Shown here in pieces: positions 11,250 to 23,548 of a stretch of DNA of 64,000 nucleotides (the stretch's first letter is position 1; each line of letters opens with the position of its first letter). The notes under the pieces are model-generated. The model saw only the letters and a list, made by a program, of their open reading frames with translations, was not told the DNA's origin and ran no database searches. Source of the DNA: Vitrella brassicaformis CCMP3155 (lineage: Eukaryota > Protista > Chromerida); NCBI GenBank assembly GCA_001179505.1, contig CDMY01000677.1:1-64000 (forward strand), in the 5' to 3' direction. The translations under genes were made by a program, and so were the position numbers.

Positions 11250-14200
11250 TTAAGTTTACGGTGATTGTAAAGTGGGGGACGCGGAGGTTGCAGTGACGCC
11301 CAACCCAACACACGGGTGATACATGTTACGGAAGCTTCATGACATCATGCATGCAGGTATGCAAAGTTGTCACACACCACGGAAGAACATTGATCGATTC
11401 ACACACATGAAGGAAAGTCAGTCAGTCAATGAATGAATGAATGAATGGATCAAGCAACTCAGCAAGTAGTTCGGCAGACACACACACACACACACACAGA
11501 CAGACGGACGGCACCCATCTCATCTGATCTGCAGGCAGGGAAAGGCAGATCGAGAGAGACAAGAAAGATCAAGAGACCAAGGGAGCAAGGCAGAGAGAGA
11601 GAGACACAGCTGCAGAGAGAGAGACCAAGTGTCTGTATTTTTATGTCACTCACACACTAGTCCAGCACACCACACCAAGGCCAGTGCCACACCTCCATCC
11701 GTCCACCGTCGCCACCAGGCGTACATCCATCCATGCAGCGAATTGTATACAAGACACAGACAATGACCCCGCCCCACCCCACGCCATCCACTGTCAGTCA
11801 GCTCCTCCACCGACCCACCCATCCATCCATCCGACGGCCGGCCGGCAACCCCCACTCGCTTGCCGCCACCTCAGTCAGTCGATGAGCCCTCTCCCTGGGT
11901 GCAGGCAGGCAAGGCAAGGCAAGGAAGGCAAGGCAGAAAAGGCAGGCAGGCAGGCAGGTCGCCGACACAAGAAGAGATTGGGTGACGTCACGTTATGGAG
12001 GAGAGAGAACATGACAGCTACCACGTGTGTTGTGTGTCCTCCATCCATCCCTCCATCCAGCCACCCATGATGCACGTGTGTGTCCTCTGCTAGTACACTG
12101 AGGACGGACACGACCACACCAACCACAGACGGATAAAAGAGGGCGTTACGAGGAAGGAAGGATGGATGGATGGATGGACGGGTGGGCGAGACGGACTCGG
12201 CTACAGGGAGAGAGGCAGGCAGGCAGGGAGGGAGGAAAGGTAGACAAAGGGAGGGAGCAGAGAGGAGAGCCAACGTGAGCGCCACACTCGGTGGTCCGAT
12301 AGTGTTGTCATTGAAGGAAGAGAAGAAGAAAACAGAGAGAGTGATGATCGATCGGGTCAGGGAGGAAAAGACCGACATACAGTCAGTCAGTCAGTCAGAG
12401 AGTCGAGATGGTCAAAATCGGGAGTGGCTCGCGACTGGCTGGCTGAGTGAGTGAGAAGTCGTGTAAGTGGTGCTGACCCCTCCCTACACACAACACACCA
12501 TTGGTGGGGGGATGAATGGAAGGATGGATGGATGGTATGCACGAATTAATACGCAGTGAACCCCCGATATATGGGTGTTTGTGTGTGGTGTTGTGTTGTG
12601 TGTGTAGTCACCCGACCGACGAACGAACGGACGAATGAATGAATGAAACGACATACCAACCGCCCCCTTTAGTCCTACTAGTCTGCCTGCCTTGCCGTTT
12701 TCGAGCCTGCCTGCCTGCTTGAACGCCTGCCTGCCCCTGTGGCTGGCGCGGCACATGACGACACATGCGATTTGGTCCATTCCATCCTCATACACAGAAA
12801 CTTCCCCTACGCACGAACCTGCCTGCACAATACACACACACATGGGTATAGGACGGGTGAATGATGATGGAAAAGCAATAAAGGCACACAGATACATACA
12901 GTGGACGAGAATGCGTGCATGTTGACAGCCACCAATATATGCGTCGGCCTCATCCATACACACATCCATCCATAAAGCTACACACACAAGATACACAACA
13001 ACAACAACAACAACACACCCGCAGAATACAATCGCCGCATGCCATGCATGAGAGGTGAATGCCGGTGGATGGATAAAAACGATTGGCAAATAGAGAGAGT
13101 GTCCGTCTGCCTGTGTGAGAGAGAGAGGAAAGGAGAAGATCGGTCGCATCCATCCATCCATGCCGATAATGCCTACCACAAACCGCAAACTGCAACGCAA
13201 CGCAACGCAACACGACACGACACGACAGCAGCAGTCGGCTCGCTTACAAAACGCCGAGCAGCGGCCCGCCCCACCCCGCCCCCCATCCATCCATTCATGT
13301 GGCGAACTCCTGAAAGGAAGCGCTGAATCGGTCGACTGATGTGTGGAGGTCAGCTTGTTTCTTTGCTCCATCAACAAAACGCCATTCAGCAAAGAAACCT
13401 GCCTGCCTGCCTGCCTGCCTGCCTGCCAGGAGAGAGAACACGCATGCAATGCATCGCATCGACCTTGGATGACACCCAGTCAGTCAGCCAACGCACACAA
13501 GCCTGGGACGTGCAGAGCGTCAGTAAAACATGGACTGGGTAGACGAATGGATGAATGGCTGAATGCTGCAGACAGATCGAAAAAAGGCGGCACTTAGCTA
13601 CAAACAAAGAAACACACACACACCAGGCCATGCCATGCAGGGTAGGCTCGGTCACCCCGTGCACGGCCCCAGACATCCAACTGAATAACACCCGTCACAC
13701 CCTCCCCCTCCCCCTCCCCCTCCCTTGTCCCCCCCTTTGATCTGTACACGCCCCCTCACCTCACACACACTCACACACACACTCACACAGACAGCCAGAC
13801 CCAGCCTTGCACATCGGTCGGCAGAATACGAATGAGCCTGCCAAGCCCGCCCTGCACACACGAGAGGAGAATAGCCGAGGTGGGGGAAGCGAAGCATGTC
13901 AGTCATGTGTGCATTGCATTCATTCCTTCATACGAATGAATGGACCGACAGATACGAATGAACCAGCCAGAGGTAGTAGTAGGTAGTTCGGTAGGTAGGT
14001 AGCCTCTACAGGTAGTGAGTGACGCTCGACACGACACACAGAGTAAGTATCAATTACGCACCGATGTATGTGTACCAGCCAGTGGGCGAGTGGGCGAGTG
14101 AGGGAGCGAGGGAAAGCGTGTCACGTCACTTCGGACACGCAGGCAGGCAGGCAGGCGGGCAGGGAGGCAAGGGGGCGAAGAAGAGGAGGGACGTCACTGT

Positions 14201-14470
14201 GGGCTGGCCTCCAGCCTGCCAGGCCAACCCACGTTCGATCATCTTTGCACACAAAACGGCCAAAAAACAGCCCTGCCCTCGGGGCACCCGTCATCCCATC
14301 TTTCCAGCCATTCATCCATTCATCCATCCAGCCATCCAGCCAGAACGAGCGAACGAAATTAAATAGCAACACATCTGCACGCGGCGAGCAATGAACAAAC
14401 AGAGAGGCAACAGGCAGGCAGTGCAAGCAGACATCACATAGCCTCCAGCTGACTGACACCACAACTAGCG
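11250..14470. repeat. Microsatellite-dense intergenic region: (CA)n, (GGCA/CCTG)n, (ATCC/GGAT)n, (GAAT)n, (GTAG)n
   Basis: Directly visible arrays, e.g. (CCTG)7 from 13398. The long ORFs here translate to low-complexity text. Confidence 0.8.
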
Positions 14471-14559
14471 CTCTCAATGGGCCCTAAAAAGGAAAAAGAA
14501 CGAAGAGACAACGAGGAAGGGCCGGCCCGAGATCGCATGAGTCATGGTGCAGCGGGTCG

Positions 14560-16529
14560 CTATGTCCGTCTCCGCCCCCGCCGCCTTTGTCGTCGCCGCT
14601 CGCCGCTGCTGCTGCCGCTGGTGTCTTGTGCTGCTAATGGTTGTTCGCTATCCCCCGCCCCCTCCTCTGTTTGTGGCCTGCTGTCGTCACTTGACGCAGC
14701 GTCGGCCGCCCCCCCGCCCTCACTTGCTTCGCTCCTCTCGTCCTCCTCATCCTCGTCTTGCCGTGGTGAACCCTCACCATCATCAAAATTGCCCGCCCTG
14801 TCCGGCTGCTGCTGTTGCTGTGGTGGCTTTTGGCCGCCATCGACAGACTGAAGCTGCGGTGGCCGTAGAGGGTCGTCCCCACCTTGACCGCCCGCACCGT
14901 CAGCACTGAGCCGTTTCTCCTCCTCCCGCCGTCTCCTCTGTTCGCTGGCGTCGCGCGCCCGCTTGAGGATATCACTCCACACACCGGTGTTGTTCTTGGC
15001 CGCTGCTATCGCCGCCTGGGGGTTTGGCGGCTGACGTGAGGCGGCGCTGCTGCTGCTTGAGCTGAAGCTGGAGAGGGTGGTGGAAATGCTGACGGGTGGT
15101 GGTGGTTTGCCCTCCCTGGCGGCCTTGCGTGCGGCGGCCGCCGCCCGCATGACCTCGATGGGGTCGGGGGTGTTCTCGTAGAGCACCTCGCCGGTGGGCC
15201 ACTGGAGTGCGTACTTCTCCCAAAAGAGCCGCATTCGCCGCTTCCCATAAGTGGGGTTCCAGGGCTTGGACGAGCCGGCATAATGCAACACGACGGGAGG
15301 GCCCTTGATGACCGTGTCTTGGCCTGCCGGCAGAGAGGGAGAGAGAGAAAGGGAGGGTAGAGTGAGTGATGATCATCCTTCTTTCCATCCTTCTTTCCAT
15401 TTCTATGGTTGTGCGGTTCGTACCAACAAAGACGTTGTACGCAGCGGGGAGCTCTCCGTAAGTGCCGTTGCAGTAAAGGTTGAAGGCGATCTGGTCGTTG
15501 ACGCCCCATGTGTTGACCCATGACATGACGCGGTCGACAAAACGATTCCGCCGGAGAGTCTCGAGGGAAACCAGCAACACCTAACCACACACACAACACA
15601 CATGCATGAGAGGCGATCCGATCCCAATCGACGCCGCTTCCCCTCCCCGTCCACCGATACACACACAGAGATCAACCAACTCCCTTACCCCAGCATTGAA
15701 GGACTTTGACGACTGGTATCTGATAGCTGGCCAGATGTTGTCGTGCCTGAGCCAGCTGTTGATGAGGTTAGGCGAGAGTGAGGTCCGGCCGGTGACGCCC
15801 GTTTCGGGTATGTCCATCTCGAACATCTTGCGGAGGGGGCCGTGGACGATCGTGTCGATGTCGAGGTAGATGACCCGGTCGATCTCGGGCAAAATCTTCG
15901 GCAGCATCAGCCGACACATCGTCGCGATCGTCACGTGCTTCAGCGTCTTCGTATACCTTTCATCACACAGCACATACACACAGACACAGATCGAGATGCA
16001 CCGGCCCGTCCACGTCAGCCGCTCCTGCGTGTACCCACCTGAGGTTATAGTTGAAGTCGAGCATCTCCAGAGTGAAGGTGGGGAATTTTTCCGCCACCAG
16101 GAGGCGGAGCAGCTTTTTGTTGCGCTCCTCCACGTCATTGGTGACCACCACATAGAGATGCACCCGCTCCTGCTTGTTGTTCATGTAGATAGAGTTCAGC
16201 AACGTCGGGATGCGCTTGATCAGCTGATTGTCCGTCGACAGCACAATGCTCAAAGGCAGGTCCGACAAACTCACCGTCGGCGGGAATAGCCGGTCCTGCA
16301 TCGACAGGGCCGAGTCGTTGATCCCGCCGCCGGCCATCACACCCCCGCCCTGCTGATCGCCCGCCGCCCCTCCGCCCTCGCCGCCATTGCTGGGGCAGTC
16401 CGCCTTGCCATTCGGCGATGGCAGGCCGAGCCGCTGCAGAATGACGAGGTCGTCTGAGATGACGTAGAACTGGAAGAGGAGGAAGGTTGTGACGGTTGCG
16501 ATGGACAGGAAGCGGGTGACTTGGACCAT
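14560..16529 (-). CDS. Glycosyltransferase family 8 protein, type II membrane topology
   Basis: N-terminal TM anchor (FLSIATVTTFLLFQFYVI), RLMLPKILPEIDRVIYLDID (DxD), FNAGV|LLVSL, NDQIAFN and HYAGSSKPW, all GT8 signatures. Confidence 0.9.
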
Positions 16530-17070
16530 GCTGTTGAAGCACGTCAGATGCGGCAGCCAAAGCGTCTCGTGGCCGTGGGCCATCTAAGGGAGCCGAACGG
16601 CGGCACGACGGACGACAAGCGACGCCCTCCACTCCGATTCCCGCAACCACAGCCGACCGGTATGACTAACGCACTCCGACCCAGCCGACTGGAGATGCCA
16701 CGCCAGGCTCACCGAGAGAGGCCCGGCGCCCTCCCGATGAGGCCGCTGCTGGGCCGCAGAGAACACGACCCTGCCAAAATCCTCTCGCAAGGAATCTCGG
16801 GTCGAATCGTTCGAGCCGCCGATGACCTTGGACTATCCGCTGCTCCTCCGCTCATTCGCGCCGTCCCTAGTCCACATACCATCCCAGAGGTTTCCGAAAG
16901 CTCGCAAACGGAATTATGCGAGCTTAGCTCAAACAGGGCTTGGAGGACTCTTCTCAAAGGAAAGGCGCCTTGGACCTTGCTGCTGATCTGGTCGTGTTGA
17001 ACGAGGACAGTCAAGAACTGAGTTGCCATCTGCAAGCGCTCACGTCTCATTGGGCGTCTCAATCCTTCTT

Positions 17071-18985
17071 ATGCCATCATCACGGCCCCGCGACAGGGAG
17101 CTGCCGGCGCCCATCCTGGTGGCCAGCAGTTCCCCTGGCCTGGGCCTCTTCGTCCAGCCCTCGGCCCGCCACCACGACAGATGCAATGACCGCCTCGGAG
17201 ACGACAAGCACGGCATCTGCAATGACAAGGCCACGGCCAGCGTCTCCGCCGCGGCCGAGGAGAAGATGCGCAACCACTTCATCACGATGCTCGAGAAGGA
17301 GGTGCAGCGGCTCTCTGGGCTGTACGAGAGCGAGAAATGTGAAAAGGAGCAAACCAAGCGGCAGATGGACACATTGGAAGGAGATCTCCGCCGTCTTTCG
17401 GAGGAAAACGGGCGGCTCACAGGCCACGCAGGCTCGCTCCAGGGCTTGCTGGAGGAGAGCCAACGGCACAATCAGCAGGTGCGGGCCCAGCTGTTGGAGA
17501 TGGACACCATTGTGCGGAGAGAGCGGGCGGAGATTGCAGACGAGAGGCGTCGCTATGAGGAGGAGAGGCTGCACCACCTGTCGGAGGTGGAGGGCCTGAT
17601 GAGTGAGGTGTTCAAAAAGGACGGCCAGATCGAGACTTACAGGCGGGAGAGGGAGAGGGAGAGGGACGAGCGGAGGACCACCCAGGGGACACCGACGATG
17701 AGTGTCCACAGTGAGGCCAATGCGAGGGCGGTTGAGAGGGTGCAGCAGTGTGAGCAGAAGGTCAGGGAGATGGCGGTGAGGCTCAAGGGGGTTGAGGAGG
17801 CCAAGGCGCAGATGGCCGCCAAGAACCAGAAGCTGGAAGCTGTGCGAGACGTGAGGGAGCTACCTACAAGGATGCCGGCTCCCATTGACACACGTGTGTG
17901 TGTGTGTGTGTGTGTCTTTGCCTCTGCTGCAGGGCCTGCAGAAGACAGTGAGTGACCTTGAAACGGCCCAAGAGGCCATGAAGGTACGGCACGGACCCTC
18001 ACAAGCCGCGAGGGCGTTCGCTCATGAGACATCTTCTCTCGCAGGCTCGCGAGAAGAAGCTCCAGGACCAGTTAAAGCAGAAGAACGCAAGAATTGGGGT
18101 AAGACACGACATCTAGGGCCCGAACATGACAGGCAATCGGTCATCCATGCACTGCAGGTGCTCGAAGACCGTCTCAGAGACCTGCAGCAGTCACTCGCCA
18201 GACAAGACGCGCCACACCCCCTCTCTCACACCGCTGCCGAGGCCTCTCCGTCTGTCAGCCAAATGTCAGTCGCCTCATCTCGCCTGCCGCTGCGAGGCAT
18301 CAAGCCCGGCCCGCTGTCAGAGATCATGGGCAGGCCGTCGGGTCTATCGGCCACCTTCCCCAAAAGCGATGCCTTGTCCAGGGCCTCACAGCCACGGCCG
18401 CGTCGGCTGCCGAGGCTGAGACACACGAGCACCGCCATGTCTGAGGCGCCTCCTGCTGCCGTTGGTGCCTCTGCTGAGCCACACAAGGCAGGGGGAAGGT
18501 CAGTGCTCCGCCAGAAGGGGAGGCTGCCCAAGATCACCTCAGCAGTTCCTGATGTCGACAAAACGGCCAGCCTTCCTGGAAGTGACTACGTGTTCGTCTC
18601 GCCGCTAAGGCCACTGCCCCCCACCCCAGCCATGCAGACCATCGCCGCTGCTGCCGCACTGAGCAGAGAGCAGCCGCAGCACCCGCCAACACGGCTGAGA
18701 CGGAAGCCAAGAGCCGCAGAGAGGATCCCACCACCCATACCTGAAGGCGAGGAGAACCCCCCTTCAGAGAAGAGAAAGGACCATATGCATCCTTTTGTGA
18801 GGGATTTGTATGGCGAAGGGCTCAAGGGTGTGGTGGTTGAGGAGCGGCGGTGGGCTGATGAGGTGCGGCAGCTAGACGATACGCGGAGCAGTGATAGTGA
18901 CGATGATGCGTGTGGGGGTGGGGGTGAGTGGGGCATCGTGTGTGGCGAGGGGGAGGTTCTCACGGCTGTGTCTAGAGTGGCGTGA
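17071..18985 (+). CDS. Coiled-coil protein with low-complexity C-terminus, function unknown
   Basis: ORFs 17023..17955 and 17885..18985 are joined by an intron near 17840-17931. There is a long E/R/K-rich heptad region. Confidence 0.75.
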
Positions 18986-19325
18986 GGAGGTTGTCGTTGG
19001 TCAAGTGCGTGTGTGTGCGTCTACGTGTATTCGTCGATCGATGCACTGAGAGACCGCTGGACTGACTGGATGCTCTGAATGATGTCAACGACACGTGTGG
19101 TGCTTGTCAGTATATGCACATCTTGAGGGGATAGATAAAGAGAGTCAGTCAGGACACCAGAAAAACGGCACGGCACAGATCACAAGTCGTATATACAACT
19201 CATCCTTCCTAGCTAGATGTCACATACATGCATCATAGTGCCCGAAAACACACCAACCACTGTCTGTCTTTCTGTCTTTCTGTCTGCACATTCATTTATC
19301 TATCTTTCTGGCGGATCAGGTCAGG

Positions 19326-21330
19326 TCAGGTTGCGGCGGCCAGGTCGTCGCGACGGTTGCGAGGAGGGTCACGAATGCACCTGCGTCCACACGGGCGCCT
19401 TAGTGCATTGCATGACTCTGTGTGTGTCCATGTCTGTCAGCTTACAGTTGGATGTGTCGCTGGAGGCCGTCGGCCGGCACATGCGCACCGCAGACGGGGC
19501 AGCACGGCTGACGCCTCGCACGCTTGCGAGCCGGCTGACCGTCGTCCTGACCACGAGACCCTGCCGCGCTGCTGATCTCAGACACACCAAAGCCTGACCA
19601 GAGCGGGATCACACAGACAGGTACGTTTGTGTGAATCTTACGGGTACGTCTGCGCTGTTATGTTGCGTACCCGTCACCTCAACGATGTCATCCGAACCGT
19701 CGCGGGCCGCCCTGGCTGCCGCTGCACGAAACGGCAGACAGGCCAGGGATTGATGCAGCCGATGCTCATGCTTGTGTATGTGTGTCTGTGGTAGCCACCC
19801 ACCAGCGATGAGTGTGTCAGCAGCCGTACTGGAGGTCGCCCCCTGCATCGCCATCAGGTCTCGGCCAAGGTGTCTGCTGGTGTGGCGGCCGCTCGTGCGA
19901 GTGATGTCAGCCCCTCTAGCGAAGTGCGCTCTCCGATAATAATCTGATAGGATGGATGAGTGGACGCACAGCAGAGAAGACTGACAGCTGGCATTGGGGT
20001 GTCGACTGGCTGCTACCCCGATCGGTGATGGTGAAAACAATGCCCCTTTTGTGGTGGCCGTTGAGCGGCGCTCTGGCGCCGTGTATCACAGCCACATCTG
20101 CAGCACACACCAACCGAGCCACCAGACGAACAGTCCACTTCTCTATCTCCAACGCTTCCCTTCTGTGTGTCGCCTGGCCAGCCCACACACCCACCAGGCG
20201 TGCTGCCGTCAGGGAGGAAGTTGGCCCATATCACGGCCCTCCCGCGGACGGGCCGGAACCCCTTGTCAATAACCGGGAAGTAGGTCTCGCCACCGCACCC
20301 CTCGGGCAGCGTCGTCAGGTACTGAACGAACGAGTGACATGCAGCCAAGCAGATAGACGACCGCACCCACACCTACCACGAGCACTGTGACGAGACTCTT
20401 GGTTCCCGGGCCCTGCTGCGCCGTCACAGAAATGCCCGCTAGATCAGCGGCAAGGCGTGGCGGGAACTGGGCCAGATTGCTGTTGCTGAGGCTAGATACG
20501 TCGCCGGTGAGGGACCCAGAGTCATGATGGGTGGGTTACGACTGACCACAGAGACCACCAAAACACAGTGCAGCAGGGTGAGTGAGTGGCCATCCATCCA
20601 TCCATCCTGTCTGTCTGTCTGTTTGTCTGTCTGCGCACTTGTCCCGGCACGTAGGCGACTCGTGCAGGTCCCGTGACCTACACGTAGACCAGAGGAGGGA
20701 GAGCTCACGTAGGCAGGTGAGCCACTCCTCATGTGCTCACGCTGTTGCGCGATAGGCCGATGCACCCTGCCGCCCTCCTGATAGACCGAACAAGTCAACT
20801 GACTGTACTCGTCAGTCTGTGGAAATCAGCTGGCTGACCTTGCGAGCATGTGCCCGCCATGCATGGCCCCTGTCGGATGTGCGTCCATAATGGCCAGCTC
20901 ACTCGGCGAGAGGAAGCCATCGATGGTGTAGATGTTGGGCTGCGTGTGAGCCAGCTTGAGGGTCTTGCCGCCTGCATCAACAGATGGCGATCCAGCTGTG
21001 CAGCCGGTGCATCCATCAATCCTTGTGTGTGCAATGTGAAGCCGTCTTACTGATGGTGATAGAGGTCTGCGGGTCAGGCGTGTGGAACAGCCGTTCGAAC
21101 AAAGGCAGCGCCGTATTGTCCTCCTGCTGCTGCAGGTCCATCGCCATCTTGTGGTCTGCATTTTGCTGCTGCAGCTGCCGCGCCTTCTCGTTCTCCTCTT
21201 GCTGAATCGCTAGGGCCATCAGGTAGTCTGCATCTTGCGCAGCATAGGGGTCGGTGAGCGCCTCCTCGTCGGGCTCAGAGTCGCCCGTGAGATCGATCGT
21301 GTCGGCCTTGGCGGCGGCACGCTCACTCAT
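19326..21330 (-). CDS. Prolyl-4-hydroxylase-like 2OG-Fe(II) dioxygenase with SIM/UIM-like N-terminus and C-terminal C2HC (UBZ4-type) zinc finger
   Basis: NIYTIDGFLSPSE, THHDSG (HxD), YLTTLPEGCGGETYFP..GFRPVRGRAVIWAN..DG, DVAVIHGARAPLNGHHKRG (distal His and Lys). Final exons give RKRARRQPCCPVCGAHVPADGLQRHIQ|LCIRD..* (intron 19381-19445, TGA 19326-19328). Confidence 0.85.
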
Positions 21331-21410
21331 CGTCAAGGGGTGCCCACGCGGATTTCAGCCAAAATTCGAACAGGCGAACGGCAGGACGTGTGTTGCAACA
21401 GCTGGGGTTA

Positions 21411-21440
21411 CAGGGTTCAAACCCTACACCCCAAACCCTG
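21411..21440. promoter_or_regulatory. Telo-box-like motifs (AGGGTT-C-AAACCCTA and AAACCCTG) in the divergent P4H/FabI promoter
   Basis: Sequence cagggttcaaaccctacaccccaaaccctg lies between ATGs at 21330 (-) and 21474 (+). Confidence 0.45.
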
Positions 21441-21473
21441 ATATCAGCGTGAGTGTTGGGTTTCGTCTACAAA

Positions 21474-22823
21474 ATGGCTGCACAGGTGGCGAGCATAGCC
21501 TCACTGGCGCTGCTGGCGCTGCTGGCGCTGCTGGACGCCTCTTCATGTCTACCACGACGAGCATCTGACCCGCCAGCATTCATCTCATCATTTCCATGGC
21601 GGCTGCAGTCAGATCTGCAGTCCCGCCTGAGGCTACGAAGGCAGCCGCTGGGCCTCGCATCGCTGTCCATGGCAAAGCCCGTCGACCTCACCGGCAAAGT
21701 GGCATTCATCGGCGGTCAGCAGAAGCAATGCACTGATGCAATGCACTGACTGACAGCATCGTGCCGTTGTGCACCTCGCTGTGTACCTCTCTGTGTGTCT
21801 GTGTGTCCGCGTGTCCTTATGGTGTGTGTGTGTGTCCTTATGTGTGTGTGTCTGTGTGTGCAGGTGTGGCTGACTCGAATGGGTATGGTTGGGCCATTGC
21901 GAAGGCGCTCGCCTCAGCGGGAGCTACGGTGACCGTCGGGACATGGCCGCCTGTCCTCAACATATTCAAGATGGCGCTGGAAAAGGTGACTGACTGACGG
22001 GGAGGGAGGCGCACACGTGATGCCATGCATGACGTGGGTGTGAACGCGTGTGTGTATGTGTGATTCCATTGATGGGTTCATCGGTTGGTTGGTTGATCAG
22101 GGCAAGTTTGACGAGGATGCGGTGCTCGATGACGGGTCCAAGATGGAGATCGCCAAGATCTACCCGCTCGATGCCGTCTTCGACACGCCCGAAGACGTGC
22201 CAGAAGAGGTGAGGTGCGTGGGCATCATGGGTGCGGTGCATATATCTTTGGCATTCACACACTCCCCCTCTCCCTGTTTGACAGATCAAGGACAACAAGC
22301 GGTACGCTGGGCTGGAGGGCTACACCATCCAGGAGGTGAGCAAACGAATGACAGCAAGAGAGAAGCGCATTGGCCTGTGCTGTTCGTTCTGCATCCCGTC
22401 CCTCCATTCGCTCACTGACTGACAGGTGGTTGACCAGGTAGCCAAGGACTACGGCAAGATCGACATACTGGTCCACTCGCTCGCCAACGGTCCAGAGGTG
22501 AGATCACAAACCAATTGCTAGTGCATCGTGTGTATCGGTCCATTGGTTGGTGTGTTGCAATGCATCCAATCCAGGTGATCAAGCCGCTGCTGGAGACGTC
22601 CCGCAAGGGCTACCTGGCGGCCAACTCAGCGTCGGCCTACTCGCTCGTGTCGATGGTGCAGCGGTTCGGACCCATCATGAACCCGGGCGGCTCCGTGCTC
22701 TCTCTCACATACGTCGCATCTGAACGAGTCATCCCTGGTACACACCACACCACACCACACCACACCGACTAGCACACGTGTGCCTCTGTGTGACGCCTTC
22801 TCTCTCTCTCTCTCTCCCCCTTC

Positions 22824-22858
<35 letters not shown>

Positions 22859-23310
22859 TGTGCAGGTTATGGTGGAGGCATGAGCAGCGCCAAGGCGGCT
22901 CTCGAGTCGGACACACGCACCCTGGCGTGGGAGGCGGGCCAGAAGTACGGCATCCGGGTCAACACCATCAGCGCAGGACCGCTCAAAAGCAGAGCTGCAC
23001 AGGTAGGTGCGCCATTCCCACGAACAGGAAGGGGCGCATGTGATCTGTCATGTGTGGTGTGCTGCGGTGGTGGTGTGTGCAGGCGATTGGCGGAAAGGGC
23101 CAGAAGACCTTCATCGACTACGCCATCGCCTACTCGAAGGCCAACTCGCCGCTGGGTCAGGATTTGTACGCGGAGGACGTGGGCAGCTCGGCGCTGTACC
23201 TGTGTTCCCCCCTGGCGAGGGCGGTGACGGGCGTGACGCTTTACGTCGACAACGGGCTGCACGCCATGGGCCTGGCGGTCGACAGCGAGGCCATGAAGAT
23301 GGAAGATTGA
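21474..23310 (+). CDS. fabI: Plastid-targeted enoyl-ACP reductase (FAS II) with bipartite signal plus transit leader
   Basis: [85 protein letters not shown] and [16 protein letters not shown]. The N-terminus is a hydrophobic signal followed by PPAFISSF and an Arg/Ser-rich transit segment. Confidence 0.98.
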
Positions 23311-23548
23311 GTGAACGATGCCTTGGGGGGAGGGAGGGAGGCTATCCGAACAGGCGGATAGGGGCGCATTCATGTGCGTGTGTGTTGGTGTTGGTGCTGG
23401 TGTTGCGGTGTGGCTGCATGGGTTTTTTCAAAGGTCGTCACGGACTCGCAGACAGACAAATGCCTGCATGTGTGTGTTTGTGTTGTTTTTTGCCTCGTGC
23501 GAAACGAGGACAGTGCATGGGTGTAAACAAACGCACGCGTTGAATATA

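Noticed and set aside
11281-11296. GCGGAGGTTGCAGTGA, a 16-nt match to a human Alu segment
   Set aside because: No flanking Alu or 7SL similarity; treated as a chance match, not contamination or an SRP RNA.
12484-13449. 321-aa minus-strand ORF
   Set aside because: Translation is microsatellite-derived (CV, GRQA, MDGW repeats) with no protein-like composition.
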